IMG/VR virus record: IMGVR_UViG_3300030451_003166
Source of the DNA: an uncultured virus (IMG/VR IMGVR_UViG_3300030451_003166)
Taxonomy: Duplodnaviria; Heunggongvirae; Uroviricota; Caudoviricetes; Crassvirales
Length of the DNA: 64,000 nucleotides
Reading direction: 5' to 3' (one strand)
Shown here piece by piece: positions 41,334 through 51,132 of the stretch. Each line of letters starts with the position of its first letter. Position 1 is the first letter of the stretch. Below the pieces are notes generated by a model. That model worked only from the letters and a program-made list of their open reading frames with translations. It was not told the DNA's origin and did no database searches. A program made the position numbers and the translations under genes.

Positions 41334-41917
41334 TATACTCCGAAATAACAGATTATACCTCCATTAGCATCAGCTGTAGGGGTAACTACTAACCATCTAC
41401 CATATATAGTTAATCCTTTTGGAAACACAGCATTAGTAGTTGCTATACCACCAACTCCTTGTCCTAATGGATCTTGAAATGTCATTGATGTTCCGTTTGG
41501 TAGTGCCGCAGGTCTACTGAGCGTAACGGTTGTGCCACTCACAGCTTTAACATATATTGGAGCTACACCACTAACAAAATCTTTATAATAAGGAAAGTTT
41601 GCATGACCTGTTATTTTTTGACCTGGTCTAATTGCTGCGTTTGCTCCTGTAAGAGTTATAGTACTCGTAACAGTATTACCATTACCCGCAGTTTGAGTAG
41701 CATCACCAGTAGCGTGAGCAACGGCAGTACTAATATACATAGAACCTGAGCTTTCAGGAGTTGGTTTTTGTTCAGCTATTAATGTTGTTAAAATGTTATC
41801 AGCTAAAAACTGTATAGCCGTGATAACCATTCCTTCTGGTGGTCTAATTGCTGCGTTTGTATCTGTATAAACGCTTCCCATAGATCCCATAGGATCGAAT
41901 TTATAGTTTGTACTCAT
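41333..41917 (-). CDS. hypothetical protein, probably structural
   Basis: ITAIQFL...FPKGLTIYGRW beta-sandwich-like. Confidence 0.55.
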   Translation of the reverse strand: MSTNYKFDPMGSMGSVYTDTNAAIRPPEGMVITAIQFLADNILTTLIAEQKPTPESSGSMYISTAVAHATGDATQTAGNGNTVTSTITLTGANAAIRPGQKITGHANFPYYKDFVSGVAPIYVKAVSGTTVTLSRPAALPNGTSMTFQDPLGQGVGGIATTNAVFPKGLTIYGRWLVVTPTADANGGIICYFGV

Positions 41918-41920
41918 AAT

Positions 41921-42307
41921 TTATTTTTTTACTTTTTCAAGCGATCGTCCACCAAAATAGGCTCCAATCACGGTTATTAATACTAATTGTAATAAATCAG
42001 TCCACTTGTCTTCAACTTTAAATGTTATAACACCAGCATCGATAAAAACTAACAACACGGTGCTAACAACTAAAAAAACTAAAACTAACGGACGAATATT
42101 CTTAGAAAGCCACGAATCGCTGTTCATGTCCATTTTCCAACGTTCTGTTACTTGCTTTTGCATTTCAGCTTCGTAACCCATTATCATATCTTTTATTTGC
42201 TTTTCAGCTTCAAGTTTTTCTTCTTTTGATGTGTGAAGATTATCTATAACGCCACCAACATTTTTTATAAGATCTGCAGCTCCACTGCTTAGTATTTTAC
42301 TTAACAT
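41921..42307 (-). CDS. holin (3TM/GTA-holin-like)
   Basis: RWKMDMNSDSWLSKNIRPL, hydrophobic helices, YFGGRS.EK. Confidence 0.75.
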   Translation of the reverse strand: MLSKILSSGAADLIKNVGGVIDNLHTSKEEKLEAEKQIKDMIMGYEAEMQKQVTERWKMDMNSDSWLSKNIRPLVLVFLVVSTVLLVFIDAGVITFKVEDKWTDLLQLVLITVIGAYFGGRSLEKVKK

Positions 42308-42625
42308 TTATTTTTCTTTTAAGTTATAAGACTTTGGACCTTTTTTTCTTTTTTTACTACCTTCTGTTTCTTCAGCTTTGTAATCACCACCTTGTACGTA
42401 TCCATCTGATCTAGGTATACTAGGAGACACGAATAAAGTATCACCTTTGTTAATACCTGAATCCATGTCATACATAGCTAAGCTAAACTCGTTACCTTTT
42501 TTGTCTGTCTTTATGACATCTGTGTCCTCGCCTGGTATGTTTTTAGCTTTTTGTTTCATAGGTGATTTTCCAGGATATTTAAATCCTTTCATTTTAAAAC
42601 CTGTTGATTTTTCAAATTTTGGCAT
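42308..42625 (-). CDS. Lys-rich protein with FKMKG-x-x-YPG/KSPMK tag
   Basis: Likely start MPKFEKSTGFKMKGFKYPGKSPMKQ at 42625. Confidence 0.6.
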   Translation of the reverse strand: MPKFEKSTGFKMKGFKYPGKSPMKQKAKNIPGEDTDVIKTDKKGNEFSLAMYDMDSGINKGDTLFVSPSIPRSDGYVQGGDYKAEETEGSKKRKKGPKSYNLKEK

Positions 42626-42626
42626 G

Positions 42627-42977
42627 TTATTGTTTTTTATCAGCGGCTTTTTCCCAAGGAAAAGATTTACTTCCTTCAATTGACCACTTTCCGTTATACT
42701 TTATTTTACCATCTTTTCTATGATAAGTTTTACCCTTATATCTTACCCAGTCATCTCCATAAGCTAGTTTACCGCTTTTCATATCTCTAGCGTGTACTTT
42801 TTCGTGGTCAATAACTTCTTTTTCGAGTTTACTTCCTTTTGGTATATCTTTGTCAATAAAAATAGATCCGTCCATATTTGCTTCACCCATTATACCTTTA
42901 CCTAGTTTTTTTCTAAATATAGGTGTATTGCTTGAGTTTTTAATATTTCTTTTTTCTGAGCCTAGTTTAAATCCCAT
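42627..42977 (-). CDS. small zincin-like metalloprotease
   Basis: GEANMDGSIFID, DHEKVH (HExxH), distal PWEKAA. Confidence 0.6.
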   Translation of the reverse strand: MGFKLGSEKRNIKNSSNTPIFRKKLGKGIMGEANMDGSIFIDKDIPKGSKLEKEVIDHEKVHARDMKSGKLAYGDDWVRYKGKTYHRKDGKIKYNGKWSIEGSKSFPWEKAADKKQ

Positions 42978-43417
42978 TATCTATCTTTATCTTTAATCAT
43001 ATCGTCTATAGCTTTATTGTAAACTTTATCTGTATATGATTTGTTATTAAAAAACTTACTTCTCTCAGATGTAGGTAAATCTTCTTCACCTAAAAGTATT
43101 CTATATATTCTTGATATTAATTGAGAACATTTAAAAGAAGTTTTAAATATAGAGTATTTTATTGTAGTTCTGTTTCTGTGTCTCCACACCTCTATCCAAC
43201 CTTTGCTTCTTAGTTTTTCCCATCTATTTTTATCCCATGAATACGTGTAAGTACCATCTATGAACTCTTGTCGTGTAAATCTCTCTTTACAATCTAAATA
43301 AATTAATAATTCTAAATCTGCGTCTGTCAATCCGTAAGTCTTACAAGCCCACTTTCTAGTGAGCCTGTAATACTTAAAGATTTTAAAATTACGCAAATCA
43401 TGCGCTGAAAGTCTCAC
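42977..43417 (-). CDS. putative winged-helix DNA-binding protein
   Basis: GLTDADLELLIYL...KLRSKGWIEV MarR-like pattern. Confidence 0.5.
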   Translation of the reverse strand: MRLSAHDLRNFKIFKYYRLTRKWACKTYGLTDADLELLIYLDCKERFTRQEFIDGTYTYSWDKNRWEKLRSKGWIEVWRHRNRTTIKYSIFKTSFKCSQLISRIYRILLGEEDLPTSERSKFFNNKSYTDKVYNKAIDDMIKDKDR

Positions 43418-43420
43418 CTA

Positions 43421-44206
43421 TTATGTCCAGAACATTCCTACAACACCTATTTCAGGTGATAAAAGAGAGTGCTGAGGTTCAATACCATCATAAACTCTCA
43501 TCATACCATGATAAGCATTGCTTTCTTTTGCAAAGGCTGTAACTTCTTTTATTAGTTGTTTACCCATACCAGCTGTATGTGTAAAAGTGATTATGTCCTC
43601 AGAGTAACTACCATCTGCAGCTTTAAATATAACTTGAGTAGTATTATCAGCTGTTTGTTTACAACCAAGGAAAGAGTCTTCAGGATAAACGAAACATATA
43701 CCACTTAAACCATCGCCACGATCTGGAGCACCAGCACCACTGTTATCTCCTGAAGAAGTACCGTAAGGATTACCGTGTTGTCTTGTAGTAGGTTGTCCAC
43801 CTTTAAGCACAACCTCAACAATATCACCTGTTTTACCTGTTATTCCGTGAGCTGTATCTACACTTTTGAATTTTACAACAAAGTCTTGTGAGTTGTTAGC
43901 CCAAGTAACACTTTCTGGTTGAGTTAATTTGTAACGTACTCCTCCGACAGCGTTTACTCCGTCTCTTTTCTCAGTATAATCACTACCAAAGTAACCTGTA
44001 ACATCAGCAACAGGTGTAACATAAACATCTACATCACTTCTAGTTATAAGAGTTCTGTATGCATCACCTCCTAAATCATTACCAGTTCCTCTAGCGTTTG
44101 TATTATGTTGAGTAGCAGACGTGTCAATAGTAAGATCACCAGACATATTGCCTTGAAGGGTATAATAAGCATGGTTATTAATCCCAAAATATAAATAATT
44201 TTTCAT
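43421..44206 (-). CDS. hypothetical protein, paralog family member with insertion
   Basis: YLYF...CFVYPEDSFLG...VIFKAADG...DIITFTH. Confidence 0.55.
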   Translation of the reverse strand: MKNYLYFGINNHAYYTLQGNMSGDLTIDTSATQHNTNARGTGNDLGGDAYRTLITRSDVDVYVTPVADVTGYFGSDYTEKRDGVNAVGGVRYKLTQPESVTWANNSQDFVVKFKSVDTAHGITGKTGDIVEVVLKGGQPTTRQHGNPYGTSSGDNSGAGAPDRGDGLSGICFVYPEDSFLGCKQTADNTTQVIFKAADGSYSEDIITFTHTAGMGKQLIKEVTAFAKESNAYHGMMRVYDGIEPQHSLLSPEIGVVGMFWT

Positions 44207-44225
44207 TTTCTTTTATTTTTTTAAG

Positions 44226-44612
44226 TTAGTCAGCAACAGCGATAGTACACACTACTGGCGTATTACCACCAAGATTAATTACGTCACTAAACACGAATCC
44301 AGTGTTTACATCTGCTATATCTATAACAGTCATTCCAGGTTTTTGTATTTGCTTTACTAATTCATTTAGTGCAAAAGGTAAACCATACGTTGCTATAAGA
44401 TAATCCATCGTTACAGTATCAGCACCTGCTGTTCCATTCATTTTTTGAAAGTTCATTTGCATTTTAGCGTTTGCAGCATTACCACCTAAACATAATATTG
44501 TATTAGTTGGAAGAACAGCGTCAGTGTAATCACCAGAACCATTTCTTTCTTTATTACCAGCTTCATCGCAAAATCTCAAATAACTTGTTTGTTCACTTGT
44601 TATACTTGCCAT
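44226..44612 (-). CDS. hypothetical protein, paralog family member
   Basis: YLRF...AVLPTNTIL...MNFQKMNG...DTVTMDY. Confidence 0.55.
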   Translation of the reverse strand: MASITSEQTSYLRFCDEAGNKERNGSGDYTDAVLPTNTILCLGGNAANAKMQMNFQKMNGTAGADTVTMDYLIATYGLPFALNELVKQIQKPGMTVIDIADVNTGFVFSDVINLGGNTPVVCTIAVAD

Positions 44613-44637
44613 TTTTTTTAATTTTTTTTAGTTAATA

Positions 44638-45000
44638 CTACGCGTCGTAAGTTATTCCAATATCAGTTATCAACTGTGTAGTTGCTAACGGAGTATTTTG
44701 ACCAGCGTCGAAATAATCTGCACCAACAACATCAATAATAGTAGTCATACTATCTCTATTAGCACCAGCGTGACTTAAAGCAGAACATATTGTTTTAGCA
44801 ACTTCAACGAACTTGTTTGCGCCGTGAGTTAAAAGAATAGTATCTACAGCATTGTTGTCGTGAGTTAACGCCATAAAAAATAACTTTGTTGTTGTGGTTG
44901 ACTGAGGTCTAATCCCCATAAACCTGTTTGCTTTAAAAACACCTGCTTGATCTCCAGCCTTTTTAAAGAAAACGTAAGAATCATCATTACCGTAATTCAT
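44638..45000 (-). CDS. hypothetical protein, paralog family member
   Basis: YVFF...GVFKANRFMG...LFFMALT...DTILLTH. Confidence 0.55.
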   Translation of the reverse strand: MNYGNDDSYVFFKKAGDQAGVFKANRFMGIRPQSTTTTKLFFMALTHDNNAVDTILLTHGANKFVEVAKTICSALSHAGANRDSMTTIIDVVGADYFDAGQNTPLATTQLITDIGITYDA

Positions 45001-45067
45001 AATTTTTTTTGTTTTTAGTTAATAAATTTGTTTACTTAGTTTTATTGGTCTAGGTTTTAGGTTTAGG

Positions 45068-45325
45068 TTATTCTACTAAAACAACATCTTGACTTCGTAT
45101 AACATAGTATAATTCATTTTTCCAAGCTATACCGTGACCTGCGTGTTTGTCATAGTAAATAATATCATCTATATTTAAACCTTCAACAAGATTTCCTATA
45201 GATATAATTTTTCCTTTTAAGTACCTATTGTCAACATCTGTCTCTTCAGTCATTATAAGACCAGCGACTTTTTTAGGTTCTACCTTTTCTTTTTCTATTA
45301 TAATATAGTTGTTAACTGCCTTCAT
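45068..45325 (-). CDS. groES: co-chaperonin GroES
   Basis: MKAVNNYIII...GLIM...GKIISIG...YVIRSQDVV; adjacent to groEL. Confidence 0.85.
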   Translation of the reverse strand: MKAVNNYIIIEKEKVEPKKVAGLIMTEETDVDNRYLKGKIISIGNLVEGLNIDDIIYYDKHAGHGIAWKNELYYVIRSQDVVLVE

Positions 45326-46883
45326 CTACTCTTATGTTTGAAATTACACAGTCTGCAGATATAATTGTAGAAACAACACTTACTGCATTTTTAAGTGCTG
45401 ATTTAGTTACAAGGACTGGATCTATAATACCTTCTTTTACCATATCGACCTCTTCACCTGTAACTACATTTACACCAACTCCATTTTTATTTGGATAACC
45501 TAATGTTTCAAAGCCAGCGTTATTCATAATAGTTTCAAAAGGAGATTTAATGGCTTTAAGTAAAGCGTTTTCTCCTTCATCAAAAGGTTCTATTTCTTGA
45601 GCAGCATTAAGAAGGGCTATACCGCCGCCCGGCACAATACCCTCCTTCAACGCGGCTTTTGTTGCATAAATAGCATCTTCTACTCTATCTTTCTTTTCTT
45701 TTAACTCAACTTTAGAGTTTGCACCTACCATAACTATACCTACAGAACCTGAAAGCATAGCTAATCTATTTTCTAGTTTCTTTTTTATAAAACCATTTTT
45801 TTCTGATTTTATAAGTGATTTAACTTCTTTTATTCTGTTATCTAGCTCTTTTGGAGTTTCTTCAATAGTTATTACTGTTGATGTATTATCTGTTACAGAA
45901 AACTCAGCTTGACCTAAACAATCTAAATCTATAAGATCTAAATCATCACCAAGATCTTCATTAATAACAGTAGCTCCAGTTAAAATAGCAAGATCTTCAC
46001 AGGTGTCTTTTTTAGTAGGACCAAAGCCTGGTAAGTCAATAATATTTACTTTAATATTACCTTTAACTTTGTTCATCATTAAAGCTGCTTTTACTTGTTG
46101 ATCAACAGGTGCAACTATCAATAATGATTTTTTGTTTTTTATTACGTGTTCTAAAACCTGTTGTATTTTTCTTATTGTCTTTATTTCTGAAAAAACAATT
46201 AATACTAAAGGATTTTCTAGTTCACATTTTTGTTTTTCGGTGTTAGTGATAAAGTGTTGAGAAGTTAAACCACACTGATCTAACTGAACACCGTCAACTA
46301 AATCAACATAGGTTTTATCACTTTCAGAACCTTCCATTAAAACAACACCGTCTTTTCCAACTTTTTCATAAGCTTCTGCTATAATCTTTCCTAGCTCGTT
46401 ATCGTTGTTACAACTGATCGAACTTACGGATCTCAGCATATCACCCTCGATCTTGACAGAAATCTTATCTAAATAATCGTTTACTTTATATTTAGCAGAT
46501 TCTAAACCATTTTTAACGTTTCTTATAGGTTCACCGTTTTTAATACTTCTTTCTGCTTCCTTTAATAATGATTCAGCTAGTACGGTAGCTGTTGTAGTAC
46601 CGTCACCAGCTTCTTTCACTGTATTTCTAGCAGCTTCTTTTAGCAATGTTGCTCCCATATTTTCAACCGGGTCTTTTAAGACTACGCTTTCTGCTACGGT
46701 TACACCGTCTTTTGTAATAACCGGGTTGCCACGAGCATCTTCATATATTACACATTTACCAGATGCGCCTAACGTGGATTTAACTGCCTTTGCTAGCTTT
46801 TCTACGCCAGCTGTTACTTTACTTTTAGCGTCATTGCCAAAGTTTAATTCTTTGACAATTTCGCTATGCAAATTGTATTCCAT
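45312..46883 (-). CDS. groEL: chaperonin GroEL (phage-encoded)
   Basis: ITKDGVTVA, AGDGTTTATVLA, EKKDRVEDA, GIVPGGG, GIIDP. Confidence 0.95.
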   Translation of the reverse strand: MEYNLHSEIVKELNFGNDAKSKVTAGVEKLAKAVKSTLGASGKCVIYEDARGNPVITKDGVTVAESVVLKDPVENMGATLLKEAARNTVKEAGDGTTTATVLAESLLKEAERSIKNGEPIRNVKNGLESAKYKVNDYLDKISVKIEGDMLRSVSSISCNNDNELGKIIAEAYEKVGKDGVVLMEGSESDKTYVDLVDGVQLDQCGLTSQHFITNTEKQKCELENPLVLIVFSEIKTIRKIQQVLEHVIKNKKSLLIVAPVDQQVKAALMMNKVKGNIKVNIIDLPGFGPTKKDTCEDLAILTGATVINEDLGDDLDLIDLDCLGQAEFSVTDNTSTVITIEETPKELDNRIKEVKSLIKSEKNGFIKKKLENRLAMLSGSVGIVMVGANSKVELKEKKDRVEDAIYATKAALKEGIVPGGGIALLNAAQEIEPFDEGENALLKAIKSPFETIMNNAGFETLGYPNKNGVGVNVVTGEEVDMVKEGIIDPVLVTKSALKNAVSVVSTIISADCVISNIRVDEGS

Positions 46884-46909
46884 ATTATATTAAATTTAAT
46901 TAAATTAGT

Positions 46910-47200
46910 TTACTTGAAAGTTTTAACTACTTTTGGGCCTTTTATAGCCTCTAGCTTTTTTGAGAAATGTTCAACGCTTCCATCAATTGCAGCTTCAGCG
47001 CCTTCTATGGTTTCTCTTCGTGTAACATCGTGCCAGTCATCATCAACATCAGGATTACTAACTTCTGTTTGGTAAAAACCATTAGGTAGTTGTGTAATCC
47101 TCCAGTTGGATTTTTCAGCCACATGTTTCCATTGGTTAATAGTTTTCTCACTAGGTTTAACGTTGCCAGTTGTACTGGTCTTGTAATACAAATAAGTCAT
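46910..47200 (-). CDS. hypothetical protein
   Basis: ORF upstream of groEL with A-rich leader. Confidence 0.6.
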   Translation of the reverse strand: MTYLYYKTSTTGNVKPSEKTINQWKHVAEKSNWRITQLPNGFYQTEVSNPDVDDDWHDVTRRETIEGAEAAIDGSVEHFSKKLEAIKGPKVVKTFK

Positions 47201-47246
47201 TGTTTTTGGTTTTTGGTTAATAAATAATTTGGTATAGAGTTTTTCT

Positions 47247-48368
47247 CTATGCTTCTAATATTTTCTTTTTTAAATGATCTGGTAAATTCTTCTGATTACC
47301 GACTAAAGGTTTTTTTGCAGGAGATTTTTGCATTTTGTTATGTTTTACGTTACCGTATAATTTAACAGCAGATTTTGCTTTTTTACCTGCAGCTGCAACT
47401 TTTCCAACTCCTGGTACCATTGTAGCTGCTTTTTTAGCTGTAGCTTTTTTCACAGCTTTTTTAGCGCCAGCAGCAACAGCACTTCCAACACCTGGCACCA
47501 TTTTAGCAGCTTTACCTGCAGCTTTTGCAGCTTTACTAGCAACTTGTTTAGCTGGTGATTTACCGTACTTTTTAGCTGGTGATTTACCATACTTTTTAGC
47601 TGGAGATTTGCCATGATCCATTTTAGCTGGAGATTTACCACCGTCAGCTTTACTAGCGTGTACAGCTTTACGTTGAGCATCGGATTTATATCCTTTCATA
47701 GGAGATTTACCATACTTTTTAGCAGGTGATTTTTTCTTACCTGTACCAGCCATACCTGCTTTTTTAGCAGCTTTAAATTCTTTTTTAATTCTACGCTTAT
47801 CTTTACGTGTTATTTTGTTTCCATCTTCATCGTACTTAGTATAATCACTATACTTTTCCATATCCTTATCGGTTGGCTTTACAGGCTTGTCAGCATTTTT
47901 GATCTTCTTCTTTTTATCTTTATCCATTTTCTTCATACCCATACCTGCACCCATCAACATACCAGCAGGACCTAGAGCCATACGACCAACATCACCAAGA
48001 CCAAACTTACCATCAGATCCTGTTACCATACCTTTTAAAGCTCCGCCAATCTTTTTTATAAATTTAGCAGGAGAAGCTTTAGGGTCTGCCATCTTTCCTT
48101 TCTTGCCTATATTCTTTTTAATTTTTGCTATTTGCTCTTTTGTAGCTTTGCTTTTACCAGTCTGAGCTCCATCTTTCTGCATACGTCTTGCATCTTCTGG
48201 TGTGAAACCTTCATCTATAAGTTGATCTATAGTTTTTTCACTAGCATCTGACTGCTGAAACGGAGACGATGTTGATTTTCCATCTCCCATATTTTTATAG
48301 CCATTTCTTTGAGCTTTTAACTTTCCATACAAAGAAGGGCCTTTCATTTTAAACGGTGTATACGCCAT
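47247..48368 (-). CDS. Lys/Ala-rich histone-H1-like protein with FKMKG tag and KSPAK repeats
   Basis: MAYTPFKMKGP; multiple KSPAKKYG. Confidence 0.65.
   Translation of the reverse strand: MAYTPFKMKGPSLYGKLKAQRNGYKNMGDGKSTSSPFQQSDASEKTIDQLIDEGFTPEDARRMQKDGAQTGKSKATKEQIAKIKKNIGKKGKMADPKASPAKFIKKIGGALKGMVTGSDGKFGLGDVGRMALGPAGMLMGAGMGMKKMDKDKKKKIKNADKPVKPTDKDMEKYSDYTKYDEDGNKITRKDKRRIKKEFKAAKKAGMAGTGKKKSPAKKYGKSPMKGYKSDAQRKAVHASKADGGKSPAKMDHGKSPAKKYGKSPAKKYGKSPAKQVASKAAKAAGKAAKMVPGVGSAVAAGAKKAVKKATAKKAATMVPGVGKVAAAGKKAKSAVKLYGNVKHNKMQKSPAKKPLVGNQKNLPDHLKKKILEA
47547..47640 (-). repeat. 24-27-bp tandem repeat encoding (G)KSPAK(KY/MDH)
   Basis: TTTAGCTGG(T/A)GATTT(A/G)CC in 4 copies. Confidence 0.85.
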
Positions 48369-48389
48369 AATTTTATGTTTTTATATTAC

Positions 48390-48418
48390 TATTATTACTT
48401 GTTTTTTTAATTAGTTAA
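48390..48418 (-). promoter_or_regulatory. putative late-class promoter TTAAC-N15-GTAATAATA
   Basis: Upstream of 48368 gene; the TAA coincides with a stop codon. Confidence 0.35.
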
Positions 48419-49245
48419 GTTAGATTAGTGCTAGCCTTAGTACTAACACCCTTTCCTGAAGCTTTAGGTCGTTGATTTTTATTTAGTATAGTAGTTTTAT
48501 TTTTACCTGGTTGTTTAGTTTTCTTAATTTCATTAGCTATTGCATCTTTACCTTTCTTAGCTCCTACAACCGTGGCTTTCTTGACAGCTTGTTTAGCTAC
48601 CTGTTGACCAGTTTTTCCAGCTATTTTTGCACCAGCCTGACCAGCTTTTACAGCAAGTTTTGTACCAGCTACACCTTGTCCAACAACTGGTACCATAGCA
48701 CCAGCATTTATCGCCATATCTCCTAAATGTTTCTTAGCAGCGTCTTTATTACCTTTATAACCTTCGTAAGCAGCTCTACCTCCAGAAATAAGCGTATTAG
48801 CAGCATCGGCAAAAATACCAACACCAGGAGTTAAACCACCTACGGTTAAAGCGTCTTGCGTTCTGTCTAAAGCATCTCTCCAGTTAAAGTGTAAAGGTGA
48901 TCTACCCACACCACCAATTGACTGTCCTTTTCTAGCTTTAAACGGAGGTTTTTTAGTAAACTTAGTGCCTTGATTTTTTACCTTCATTTGACCTTCAGTT
49001 AGTACTGTTGCTGGTCTAGGTAGTTTTTCTCTATCAGACTGTATTTTGGCTTTTCTGCCATCTGGATCAGGATCGTTGGTTTGTTTACCACCACCTTCCA
49101 TGTTACCAGGCTCGTTTTTATATTTGTTATATTCTTCTTTTGTAACGTTTTTACCGTTTATTTTATAGTAATAGTTTTGTTTAGCCGGTGATACACCACC
49201 TACTATTTTAGACTTTTCTATTCTTTTTATTTCTGAGTAGTTCAT
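48415..49245 (-). CDS. Lys-rich protein with SPxK motifs and pre-toxin-like hydrophobic hairpin
   Basis: VSPAKQ, RSPLHF, LTVGGLTPGVGIFADAAN...AGAMVPVVG. Confidence 0.55.
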   Translation of the reverse strand: MNYSEIKRIEKSKIVGGVSPAKQNYYYKINGKNVTKEEYNKYKNEPGNMEGGGKQTNDPDPDGRKAKIQSDREKLPRPATVLTEGQMKVKNQGTKFTKKPPFKARKGQSIGGVGRSPLHFNWRDALDRTQDALTVGGLTPGVGIFADAANTLISGGRAAYEGYKGNKDAAKKHLGDMAINAGAMVPVVGQGVAGTKLAVKAGQAGAKIAGKTGQQVAKQAVKKATVVGAKKGKDAIANEIKKTKQPGKNKTTILNKNQRPKASGKGVSTKASTNLT

Positions 49246-50084
49246 TATCTTAATGTATTTGTTCCTCCAGTTACTAGGTTTTTAACCTTTCTAATTTTTG
49301 GTCCTTTTTTAATTTTAGGTATTTTGCTAACTATTTTTTTAGCTTTATCTGTTATTTTTTGAGTAACAGTTTTATTTTTATTTTTTTCTGCTACTCTTTT
49401 TCTACGATCATATACTTTTTGAGCTTCATTATCTAACTTAACAGTAGGGTTAAATTCAGGAGCTTTAACGCTTTTTAATTTTCTAGGTATATTTTTTGTC
49501 TTTAATTTTTTAATTCTCTTTTTCTTTAAAACTTTTGGTTGTGCTGTCTTACCAATTTCTTTACCACCAGAGTAACGAGTAGTTTCTATAGTACGATCAG
49601 CTCTTTTAACAACCATATTCTGCACTGATTCACCTGAAGTAGGATCAGTACCTACGTTTTTAATAGGTTTAACCCTGGTTGTACCGTCGGTATTTTTTAT
49701 TTTTTGATCTTTTCTTCTTTTTTTCTGTTTTAATGGAGATTTTTTAGCTGATTTAGGTATTGGTTTTCCTTGTTTTTTCCAAATTGCCTTACCTTTCTCG
49801 TCTAGATCTTCATATCTAACCACATCTTCACGTTGTTTTTTCAAAAACTTTATATCTTTTTTAGTATAACTTTTTGGAAAAGTTTTTTTCTGTTTTAACG
49901 GAGATTTTGGACAGTCACACTTGCTCATAGGCTTACCACAAGGACCCATTGCTAGTTTTTCTACTTTTTCAGCTTGCTCAGCATGCATTTTTGAAGCATT
50001 TTTAAGTTGACTTACAACTTTTTTTATAGTATTGTTCTTAGGTGCTGTACCTGGGTATGAAAAACCCTTCATTTTAAATGCCAT
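49245..50084 (-). CDS. Lys-rich protein with FKMKG tag
   Basis: MAFKMKGFSYPG; KSPLKQ twice. Confidence 0.65.
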   Translation of the reverse strand: MAFKMKGFSYPGTAPKNNTIKKVVSQLKNASKMHAEQAEKVEKLAMGPCGKPMSKCDCPKSPLKQKKTFPKSYTKKDIKFLKKQREDVVRYEDLDEKGKAIWKKQGKPIPKSAKKSPLKQKKRRKDQKIKNTDGTTRVKPIKNVGTDPTSGESVQNMVVKRADRTIETTRYSGGKEIGKTAQPKVLKKKRIKKLKTKNIPRKLKSVKAPEFNPTVKLDNEAQKVYDRRKRVAEKNKNKTVTQKITDKAKKIVSKIPKIKKGPKIRKVKNLVTGGTNTLR

Positions 50085-50095
50085 ATATCTTGTTT

Positions 50096-50584
50096 TTATC
50101 TATTATATAACTCGTTCCTTGTTTTTTTACGCTTTTTCTTGGTTTTTTTAGCCTCAACCGTATACATATCATCGTAAGGAGTCATATCACGTTTGATCCA
50201 CTTAGCTTTTGCTAACCTTCTTGGATCTGATTTATGTTTATTTTTAGTTCTATTGTTTCTAGCTGACTCAATTCTTCCTGTTTTGTCAAATTTTATTACA
50301 GATTTGTATCTACCACCGCTAAAAATTCCTTTATGCTCAGGATTACCAGACCCTCTTTTTGATTTTGTTACAACTTTTTTAAGAGTACCGTCACTTCTCC
50401 ATTTTGATTTACTTCTCCAATGAGGTTTTCCTTTGTGCATTTTAGCAGGACTTTCCTCTTTTTTGTTAATTATTACAGGTTGCACGTTAGCAGCATCTTC
50501 TTTTGCTTTTAAACCGTGCTTTGTACTAATTTGTTTAGTTGGAGATTTACCAGGGTAACCAAACCCTTTCATTTTAAAACTCAT
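50096..50584 (-). CDS. Lys/Arg-rich protein with FKMKG tag
   Basis: MSFKMKGFGYPGKSPTKQ; ESPAKM. Confidence 0.65.
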   Translation of the reverse strand: MSFKMKGFGYPGKSPTKQISTKHGLKAKEDAANVQPVIINKKEESPAKMHKGKPHWRSKSKWRSDGTLKKVVTKSKRGSGNPEHKGIFSGGRYKSVIKFDKTGRIESARNNRTKNKHKSDPRRLAKAKWIKRDMTPYDDMYTVEAKKTKKKRKKTRNELYNR

Positions 50585-51120
50585 TACTTAGGATTTTTCT
50601 TAGCTTTTTCTTTTTTCTTTTTCATTTCCGCTAGCATCTTTTTATCTGCAGCTAATTCAGCTTCGTAATCTTCAACTTGTCCAGTATGTAGCGTGCCATC
50701 CGATGCTTGATAGTACTTTTTACCATCTTTATAAACTATTTTACCTTTAGGCTTTTTTTCTGTTTTTTTGTTTTCAACTTTTTGTTTAGCTGGTGAAGAC
50801 TTTCGTAATCTAGCTATTAAAGCTTTCTTTTTCTCTCTAAGTTCATTTGCCGTTAATTTACCTAGCTTAAAATCTCTGTGTAGTTTTCCAGCTTCTCTTT
50901 CGTACTCAGCATTATTACCACCAGTTACTGGATCAACCGCTCTTATTTGTTTTGGGTTTTCTTTTTGATCTGCTTTTATTCTACTGTTAGTAGTTGGTCC
51001 TTCGTTTTTTCTTTGCTTTACTGGTGAAACTAAATCAGACTTCATCATGTCTCCTAGTTCTTTTAAAGCGGATCTATGTCCAGCTGTACCTTTTATTATT
51101 GATCTTTTTTGTTTATACAT
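50584..51120 (-). CDS. Lys-rich protein with SPxK motifs
   Basis: VSPVKQ, SSPAKQ. Confidence 0.6.
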   Translation of the reverse strand: MYKQKRSIIKGTAGHRSALKELGDMMKSDLVSPVKQRKNEGPTTNSRIKADQKENPKQIRAVDPVTGGNNAEYEREAGKLHRDFKLGKLTANELREKKKALIARLRKSSPAKQKVENKKTEKKPKGKIVYKDGKKYYQASDGTLHTGQVEDYEAELAADKKMLAEMKKKKEKAKKNPK

Positions 51121-51132
51121 GTTTATTTATTT

